NCBI GenBank assembly: GCA_963530295.1
Contig: CAUSCF010000003.1
Span: 77,747 to 141,746 of the forward strand
DNA length: 64,000 nucleotides
Direction of reading: 5' to 3'
DNA from: an uncultured Flavobacteriaceae bacterium
GTDB lineage: Bacteria; Bacteroidota; Bacteroidia; Flavobacteriales; Weeksellaceae
The position numbers and the translations under genes are program-made. A model generated the notes under the pieces. It was not told the DNA's origin. It ran no database searches and was given only the letters and a program-made list of their open reading frames with translations. Positions 57,515 to 64,000 of the stretch are shown piece by piece (position 1 is the first letter of the stretch; each line of letters starts with the position of its first letter).

Positions 57515-59068
57515 ATGAATAATCGTTTTATTCTAATATTGTCCTTTGCGATGACTATATCATTAGTCATCTTTATTTCCTTGCAGTTGTATTGGGTTAG
57601 AGGTTATTATCGTGCTTTGGAGCAGGATTTTTCTAATAAAGTGCACAGCGTACTGGAAACCACAACCAAAAAAATAGAAGGAATAGAGATAGAGCAGTAT
57701 CTGAATGTGGAATATCCTAATTTTGGGAAGACTGTAGTTTCTGTTAAGGAACAACCAGCTACAGAGACCTATATACAACAGGTAACAGATTCTGCCACAA
57801 AAAAACAAATTCTCTTTTCTAAAAAAATCATAGAAAGCCAAAATATTCCAATATCACAAAGCGGAGATAGTTTGGAATTGATGAAAATGTATACGGATGA
57901 AGGGCAGATCAATATCAGAAAAGACCCTGCAATCCCAGAAAAATTAACCACTGAAATCAACCAAACGGTAAGAAATAACACCTATCAACTCAAAGAATTT
58001 GCAAAACTAAATGCCAGCAATCTTCCTGTGGAGAGAAGGGTAAGCCTAAAAGTTCTTGACTCTGTGCTGACCAGAGAGCTTAATATGATGGGGATTAGCG
58101 GGGATTTTGGATTTGCTATTTTGGACAAAAATAACGAGAGAACATCCATAGCAAATGACATCTTCAAAGAAAAAGAAGAAGGAAAGGCGCAGTATTCTTA
58201 CCCTCTTTTTACGGATAATAAGGATAGAACGATATATACTTTGTCTTTAATTTTTCCTCATAAAGACTATTCTTTAGCAAGAAATAATATTCCGATGCTG
58301 CTGGGAATGGCATTATCGCTTTTTACGATTTTGGGGATTTATATCATTTCGGTTAACTATATGATGAGACAAAAGAAAATAGCCGATATCAAGACGGATT
58401 TTATCAATAACATGTCTCATGAGTTTAAGACTCCTTTGGCAACCATTTCAGTCGCTACGGATTCATTAAATAACGATAAAATAGCCACCAATCCAGAGAA
58501 AGTGAAATACTATTCACAGCTGATAAAGCAGGAAAATATTCGGATGAAAAAGCAGGTGGAAAGCGTTCTGAATATGTCTAAACTAGAACGAAAAGAAATG
58601 CAGTTGTTCTTGAAACAGGCTAATGTGAGGGAATTGATACATAAACTCGCGGAGTCTTTTAGACTAATTGTAGAGGAGCGAGGCGGGACTCTTACAGAGG
58701 ATTTTACAGCGGAGAAATTTACATTAAAAATAGATGAATTTCACCTGTCCAATGCACTTGTAAACCTTCTGGATAATGCAAATAAATATTCTCCTGAAAA
58801 ACCAGAAATTAACATAAAAACCCGAAACGAAGGGAATAAATATGTGATAGAAATTTCTGATAAAGGAATGGGAATGGAGGCTTTTAATAAGAAAAAAATC
58901 TTTGAAAAATTCTTCCGTGAAGAAACAGGAAATGTACATAATGTGAAGGGACAGGGCTTAGGTTTATCCTATGTAAAACGCATCATAGAACTACATGGAG
59001 GGCAGATTTTAGTAGAATCTACAAAAGGGCAGGGAAGCACTTTTATAGTGAAGCTACCAATGAGCTAA
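57515..59068 (+). CDS. sensor histidine kinase
   Basis: 517 aa with two TM segments. H-box FINNMSHEFKTPL, N-box LLDNANKYS, G-boxes DKGMGM and GQGLGL. Confidence 0.9.
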   Translation: MNNRFILILSFAMTISLVIFISLQLYWVRGYYRALEQDFSNKVHSVLETTTKKIEGIEIEQYLNVEYPNFGKTVVSVKEQPATETYIQQVTDSATKKQILFSKKIIESQNIPISQSGDSLELMKMYTDEGQINIRKDPAIPEKLTTEINQTVRNNTYQLKEFAKLNASNLPVERRVSLKVLDSVLTRELNMMGISGDFGFAILDKNNERTSIANDIFKEKEEGKAQYSYPLFTDNKDRTIYTLSLIFPHKDYSLARNNIPMLLGMALSLFTILGIYIISVNYMMRQKKIADIKTDFINNMSHEFKTPLATISVATDSLNNDKIATNPEKVKYYSQLIKQENIRMKKQVESVLNMSKLERKEMQLFLKQANVRELIHKLAESFRLIVEERGGTLTEDFTAEKFTLKIDEFHLSNALVNLLDNANKYSPEKPEINIKTRNEGNKYVIEISDKGMGMEAFNKKKIFEKFFREETGNVHNVKGQGLGLSYVKRIIELHGGQILVESTKGQGSTFIVKLPMS

Positions 59069-59093
59069 ATAATTAACACTAAAAATAAGAAAT

Positions 59094-59780
59094 ATGAATA
59101 ATAGAATTTTGTTGGTTGAAGATGATCAAAGTTTTGGAGCGGTGCTAAAAGACTATCTTATGATGAACAATTATGAGGTAACGCTTGCAACTGATGGGGA
59201 ACAGGGACTAAAAGAATTCATGGAAAATGAATTTGATATTGGTATTTTTGATGTCATGATGCCTAAAAAGGATGGATTTTCACTTGCAGAGGATGTTAAG
59301 CGCATCAATAAAAATATGCCTATCATATTTCTGACAGCCAAGAACTTACGAGAAGACATTCTAAAAGGTTACCAAATAGGTGCGGATGACTACATTACCA
59401 AACCATTTGACACGGAACTTCTTTTGTATAAAATAAAAGCTATCCTGCAAAGAAGTGCCGTGGTGGAAGAAGATGAGCAGGAGCATTTTAAAATCAGTAA
59501 CATAGAGTTTGATTCAGTTCTGAGGCAGCTAAAAGTCCATGATGCTGAGTATAAGCTATCTCCAAAGGAAAACGAACTCCTCAAAATGCTTTGTATGCAT
59601 AGAAATGATTTCATGCCGAGAGACCTTGCCCTTAGAAAGATTTGGAAAAAAGAGAATTATTTCACGGCGCGAAGTATGGATGTGTATATAGCGAAGCTAA
59701 GAAAACTCCTTAAAGATGATGAAGGTCTAGAAATCATCAATGTTCATGGAGAAGGTTTCAGGCTTTTGGTAAAAAATTAA
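59094..59780 (+). CDS. OmpR-family response regulator
   Basis: 228 aa. Receiver domain (LLVEDD, FDVMMPKKDG, LTAK) plus a winged-helix output domain. Confidence 0.92.
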   Translation: MNNRILLVEDDQSFGAVLKDYLMMNNYEVTLATDGEQGLKEFMENEFDIGIFDVMMPKKDGFSLAEDVKRINKNMPIIFLTAKNLREDILKGYQIGADDYITKPFDTELLLYKIKAILQRSAVVEEDEQEHFKISNIEFDSVLRQLKVHDAEYKLSPKENELLKMLCMHRNDFMPRDLALRKIWKKENYFTARSMDVYIAKLRKLLKDDEGLEIINVHGEGFRLLVKN

Positions 59781-59800
59781 CACCAAATTTTATATAAATA

Positions 59801-59832
59801 AAAACTCCCTTGCAAATCTGCATGGGAGTTTT
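59801..59832. terminator. bidirectional terminator
   Basis: AAAACTCCC ... GGGAGTTTT arms between convergent genes. Confidence 0.7.
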
Positions 59833-59855
59833 GTATGGATTATATATTAAAAATG

Positions 59856-60353
59856 TTATTTGGCTTCCACACAGAAAACTCGGTATTGTGTAGAGATGGC
59901 ACCTTTGAATTTGGCTTTCACTTTTTTTAAGTCCGCTGCGGCTGACTCTTTTGATAGGTAACTTCCTGCCAATACCTTGTAATTAGGTCTTAGAGAGGCA
60001 TCTACTTCTACTTTTATAGCAGGGAAGGCTTGTCTAAATTCTGTTCTTAGATTGTTAGCTTCTTCGGAGCTTTTTACCACGCCTACTTGAATTTTATACC
60101 CTAAAATTCTAGGATTTTTCTTACATATTTCTGCTTGAGAAAGTGGTTTAGAGCTGGTGTCATCATTTGTTCGGAGAGACTTTTTCTTGCATTCATTTTC
60201 CATAGATGCTATCACATCATCTATTCTTTTGTCCATCGTGATGGTAAATTCATTTCCATTTATGCTGTCTCTTTTGATTACAATCTGAGCATTTACTTTA
60301 GCAAAACCAGCAGGTAATAATATTAGCAAAACTACTTTTAATATATTTTTCAT
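59856..60353 (-). CDS. SPOR domain protein
   Basis: 165 aa with a signal peptide. The C-terminal GYKIQVGVVKSSEEANNL...YKVLAGSY pattern is SPOR-like. Confidence 0.7.
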   Translation of the reverse strand: MKNILKVVLLILLPAGFAKVNAQIVIKRDSINGNEFTITMDKRIDDVIASMENECKKKSLRTNDDTSSKPLSQAEICKKNPRILGYKIQVGVVKSSEEANNLRTEFRQAFPAIKVEVDASLRPNYKVLAGSYLSKESAAADLKKVKAKFKGAISTQYRVFCVEAK

Positions 60354-60445
60354 TATCTATAATTTTCAGCAAAAGTATAAATATAGTTTTTATTATTCAA
60401 TATATTTCAATAATTTATTATTTTTGCATACATAATTTTTATGAT

Positions 60446-61645
60446 ATGAGAGGTTTATATTCTTACTTTCTTGTGATATTATTGGTTTTCACAAGTTGTA
60501 AAAAAGACACAGTAGATGGCTCATCTATGAAGACTTTTCAGGCTAGTATCAATGAAATGTCTACATCACTGAGTACATTGGAACAAACTAAATTTAATGA
60601 AGCCTTGTACATCTTGAAAACTTTTGGCGTAGAAGGAAATACTGATATTCAAAAATTAGATGCATTAGCAAAACTAATAAATGGTAAAAAAGTTCCCGAA
60701 ATCTTCGCTATGGCAGATGGAGTAGCGCAGAAAAATAATGTGGAATGGTCCAGCACTTCTCCGCCAGATTTAGGGAATATGAATATTTTCCAAAATATCA
60801 TAGCTACAGAAGTAGACCCTAATGATATTAAAGCATCAGGCCTAAATATTCTGATAACGCCTATAGATGGGAATGGAGCTTCAGGTGCAAGGGCATTGAG
60901 AGTTACACCTAGACTAGTGGATGAATCAGGAAATCCTATCGAGTTTTCTAATGCAGGACTAGAAACGATAATGGAAGTTTACAGTAATGGCGAGAAATTA
61001 CTTACGGCTAAAAACCTGATGGGCAGTAATGAATTTAAAGGATTTTACCTAAAAGTAGATGTTTTGCCAGCAGACAAAATCGTTGATTCTAAAATAGATA
61101 TAAAAGTTAGCGTAAAAACTACTAAGAAAACACACCAACTTCTAAAAGCAGGAGTTTTAGTAAATAAAGAAAGTCTGAAACCAGAGAAAGAAGAGACTGC
61201 TGAAGAGAAAAAGGAAAAAGAAGAATCCAAAACTTCTACAGATTCAGAAACAGGAGAAAATAATGAAAACAAAGACCAAAATTCGACTTCTTCTGCTGCA
61301 TCATCAGCACCAAAAGTAAAACCTGAAGCGGTTGTAGATAAATTCTTGAATAGAATTGGGAATCAGAGTCTTAGGTCGGCTTATGAATTAGTGGACAACC
61401 CGAACTGGGGTTCTTATGATAAGTTCTCTAATCCCAATACTGGTTTTGGGGCGGTAAAGTCTGTTGAGGTTAAAAATATTTCTGTGAAATCATCTTCTGA
61501 TAAGGCAGCAAGTGTGAATGCTGTTTATCAAATCGTAGACAAAGAAGGAAAAAGCATAATGCTCAATGTATCCTATGGTCTGAAACAAGTAGATGACAGC
61601 TGGAAAATCTCAAGTTATAAAGTAAATTCATCAGAAAAGAAATAA
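60446..61645 (+). CDS. hypothetical lipoprotein with an E/K/S-rich linker
   Basis: 399 aa. Lipobox LVFTSC. Low-complexity linker at about aa 235-290. Confidence 0.6.
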   Translation: MRGLYSYFLVILLVFTSCKKDTVDGSSMKTFQASINEMSTSLSTLEQTKFNEALYILKTFGVEGNTDIQKLDALAKLINGKKVPEIFAMADGVAQKNNVEWSSTSPPDLGNMNIFQNIIATEVDPNDIKASGLNILITPIDGNGASGARALRVTPRLVDESGNPIEFSNAGLETIMEVYSNGEKLLTAKNLMGSNEFKGFYLKVDVLPADKIVDSKIDIKVSVKTTKKTHQLLKAGVLVNKESLKPEKEETAEEKKEKEESKTSTDSETGENNENKDQNSTSSAASSAPKVKPEAVVDKFLNRIGNQSLRSAYELVDNPNWGSYDKFSNPNTGFGAVKSVEVKNISVKSSSDKAASVNAVYQIVDKEGKSIMLNVSYGLKQVDDSWKISSYKVNSSEKK

Positions 61646-61649
61646 AACC

Positions 61650-62189
61650 ATGGCAAACCAAGAACTAATCACAAAATTAGAAAATACAATAACAAACATT
61701 CCTGACTTCCCAAAGGAAGGAATACAGTTTAAAGACATTACGCCCATTTTCCTTAATCCTAAATTATACGAGGAGGCTGTCGATGAAATGGTAAAATTCA
61801 GCAAAGGCAAAGTGGATGTCGTTTGTGGAATAGAGAGCCGTGGCTATATTTTCGGTATTGCTATCGCTGTGAAACTCGGCGTTCCATTTGTTTTAATAAG
61901 AAAAAAAGGAAAACTTCCTCCGCCATTCATTGGAGAAAAATATGATTTGGAATATGGGACAGCCGAAATAGAAATGAAAACTGACCAAATCCAAGAAGGG
62001 CAAAGAGTTCTAATTCATGACGACCTTCTAGCGACAGGCGGAACGGCAGCGGCAGCGGCAAGGCTGGTGCAGAGACAGGGAGGAAAGGTAGCGCAGTTTA
62101 GTTTTTTGATAGAGCTGAAAGACTTGAACGGAAGAGAAAAACTGGAACAGATAGAGGGCGCAGAGGTGTTTAAAATTTTAGAATATTGA
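61650..62189 (+). CDS. apt: adenine phosphoribosyltransferase
   Basis: 179 aa. PRPP motif VLIHDDLLATGGTA. Confidence 0.95.
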   Translation: MANQELITKLENTITNIPDFPKEGIQFKDITPIFLNPKLYEEAVDEMVKFSKGKVDVVCGIESRGYIFGIAIAVKLGVPFVLIRKKGKLPPPFIGEKYDLEYGTAEIEMKTDQIQEGQRVLIHDDLLATGGTAAAAARLVQRQGGKVAQFSFLIELKDLNGREKLEQIEGAEVFKILEY

Positions 62190-62248
62190 TTAAAATTTGC
62201 AAATTAGTCTGAAAATCTTAAATTTGCGAATTAAACTTAGTAGAAACT

Positions 62249-62938
62249 ATGTCAAATAAAAAGGAAATAGAAGGAAAAGAAACAGTTGAAATTTTTCAGG
62301 AATTAGACCAAAATGTGGTTCGTTCAGAAAAATTCATTGAGAGAAATGCTAAAAAAATAGGTTTGGCTTTTGGGGTTGTTGTCTTGGGTGTTTTGGGATA
62401 CTTTGGGTATCAGCACTTTGTGGTAGAGCCAAAGAATGAGGAAGCTACAAAGGCTTACCTTGCCGCTCAGAAAAATCTTGTAGAAGGAAAAGAAGATTTG
62501 GCTTTGGGAGGAAAAACTGCAAATCCAGGATTCAAAGGAACTGCAGAAAATTTTTCTGAAACTAATGCAGGAAAACTTTCAGCTTATAATGCAGGATTGA
62601 TAGAGTTTAGCAAAGGTAATTACCAAAAAGCGTATGACCTATTAGACAAGTTTTCTTCTAAGAATAAAACATTGGTAGCGCTGAAGCACGGAGCAATGGG
62701 AGATTGTATGGTGAATCTGAATAAAAATGATGATGCACTTTCTCAGTTTGAAAAAGCGATTTCTGCTTCGGATGATGAATACACATCATACTACTTCACG
62801 AGAAAAGCTGGAATGCTGGCACTTTCATTAAAGAAAAATGATGTTGCTAAAAAATATTTCACAACGATAGAAGAAAAATATCAGGACTATGATGGTGGCG
62901 CATCTGATGCGTACATAGAAATGGTAAAATATTTTTAA
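62249..62938 (+). CDS. membrane-anchored TPR-like protein (YfgM-like)
   Basis: 229 aa. A single N-terminal TM segment, then TPR-like helices. Confidence 0.6.
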   Translation: MSNKKEIEGKETVEIFQELDQNVVRSEKFIERNAKKIGLAFGVVVLGVLGYFGYQHFVVEPKNEEATKAYLAAQKNLVEGKEDLALGGKTANPGFKGTAENFSETNAGKLSAYNAGLIEFSKGNYQKAYDLLDKFSSKNKTLVALKHGAMGDCMVNLNKNDDALSQFEKAISASDDEYTSYYFTRKAGMLALSLKKNDVAKKYFTTIEEKYQDYDGGASDAYIEMVKYF

Positions 62939-62953
62939 ATAAAAAAGAATAAA

Positions 62954-63445
62954 ATGGCGACAGTAAACCTTTCGGATTATAAGCCGCTCCAGATAACAGA
63001 TGCCGATGAATTTACCATCGGCATTGTGGTTTCTGAGTGGAATGATTTTGTGACTTTTAATCTCCGAGATGGAGCAGAAGAAGTTCTGAAAAAAGAAGGC
63101 GTAAAACCAGAAAACATAAAAATCTACTATGTTCCTGGTGCGTTTGAGCTAAGTTTCGCAGCGATGCAGCTCTGCAAGAGCGGTCGGTTTGATGCTGTGA
63201 TAGTCATCGGTTGTGTTATTCGTGGGGAGACATCGCATTTTGATTATGTTTGTTCAGGGGTGACGCAGGGAATTAAGGACTGTAACACGCAAACAGATGT
63301 TCCTGCTATTTTCTGTGTTTTGACAGATGATAATAAGGCGCAGTCCATCGCGAGAAGCGGCGGAAATCTTGGTAACAAAGGTGTCGAAGCAGGAGTGACA
63401 GCTTTGAAAATGATAGATTTTAAAAGAAAATTAAGCAACTCATAA
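62954..63445 (+). CDS. ribH: 6,7-dimethyl-8-ribityllumazine synthase
   Basis: 163 aa. VPGAFELSFAA and VIRGETSHFDYV motifs. Confidence 0.95.
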   Translation: MATVNLSDYKPLQITDADEFTIGIVVSEWNDFVTFNLRDGAEEVLKKEGVKPENIKIYYVPGAFELSFAAMQLCKSGRFDAVIVIGCVIRGETSHFDYVCSGVTQGIKDCNTQTDVPAIFCVLTDDNKAQSIARSGGNLGNKGVEAGVTALKMIDFKRKLSNS

Positions 63446-63455
63446 AAAACATTTC

Positions 63456-64000
63456 ATGAAACTGAAACCATTCGTTTATTTAGGAATAATATACATTATC
63501 ATCTCTTTTCTATTAAGATGCGTTTTTATCTTTCATCCGATAACCACTACGGAATTTGGTGTTTTGGATGTTGTTAAAATGTTTTCTTTGGGATTGCTTT
63601 CGGATATTTTTGTCTTCATTATAGCAAGTGCGATATTGTACATCTATCTGCTTTTCTTATCAAATCAGAAGTATGAAAGACCATGGGGACAGATTATTTT
63701 ATCCATATTCGTAGGATTGTTCTTGTATATATACTTGGTTCCCAATAATATAGCAAGACAGTACGGAGGCGTAGTTCCAGAGATAGTTTTATCATTTTTA
63801 GGGTTAAAGGCATTTCTTTTTGGGATGATGCTTTTCTTTCCGAAAAGAAGGGTTCAGTTTAGAAATATATTGTATTTCATCACGATTTTTCTTTATGTTT
63901 TAGCCATTGTTTTCAATGCGGTGAGCGAGTATTTCTTCTACAATGAATTTGGGGTGAGATATAATTTTATCGCGGTAGATTATCTTATTTATACCAATGA
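63456..64000 (+). CDS. LTA synthase family membrane protein, partial (runs off the window end)
   Basis: ATG at 63456, and the frame is open to the window edge. Multi-TM N-terminus ending NEFGVRYNFIAVDYLIYTN, resembling the N-terminal domain of the 49507 paralogue class. Confidence 0.55.
   Translation, partial: MKLKPFVYLGIIYIIISFLLRCVFIFHPITTTEFGVLDVVKMFSLGLLSDIFVFIIASAILYIYLLFLSNQKYERPWGQIILSIFVGLFLYIYLVPNNIARQYGGVVPEIVLSFLGLKAFLFGMMLFFPKRRVQFRNILYFITIFLYVLAIVFNAVSEYFFYNEFGVRYNFIAVDYLIYTN

Noticed and set aside
1-64000. Search for tRNA, rRNA, IS elements, integrases, prophage or defence islands
   Set aside because: No intergenic gap has a cloverleaf-like or rRNA-like sequence that I could recognise. 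No ORF shows transposase (DDE), tyrosine or serine recombinase, or phage structural motifs. A tRNAscan/Infernal and ISfinder run would be needed to be certain.

Overview
AT-rich chromosomal segment that reads as a Bacteroidota, Flavobacteriales-type genome. This is an inference from gene content: a PorW/SprE-type T9SS lipoprotein, fused MurF-Alr, Rho with a long K/E-rich insertion, a GH3-family protein, a DUF4271-hemD pair, TAnnTTTG -7 promoter boxes and many SpII lipoproteins. There are about 65 protein-coding genes, mostly core housekeeping (rsmI, tdk, ybeY, mnmG, pgk, rho, rpiB, rnr, tsaB, maf, truA, panB, tgt, hemD, apt, ribH). I found no rRNA, tRNA, CRISPR array, transposase, integrase or recognisable defence or toxin module. 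The stand-out is a 5-kb head-to-tail array (25.8-30.8 kb, minus strand) of five nearly identical ~300-aa lipoprotein genes. Each copy has its own -7 box and terminator. Their N-terminal halves are mosaics of a few sequence types on an invariant 152-aa C-terminal domain that I cannot assign to a named family. Other points worth a second look: two parS-like palindromes bracketing mnmG; brnQ broken by a perfect 8-bp tandem duplication; a tannase-family esterase with Arg where the nucleophile Ser should be; a Rossmann-fold gene whose glycine-rich motif lies upstream of any canonical start codon; and a patatin-Omp85 (type Vd-like) fusion. All family assignments are from reading the translated ORFs by eye; no database search was run.
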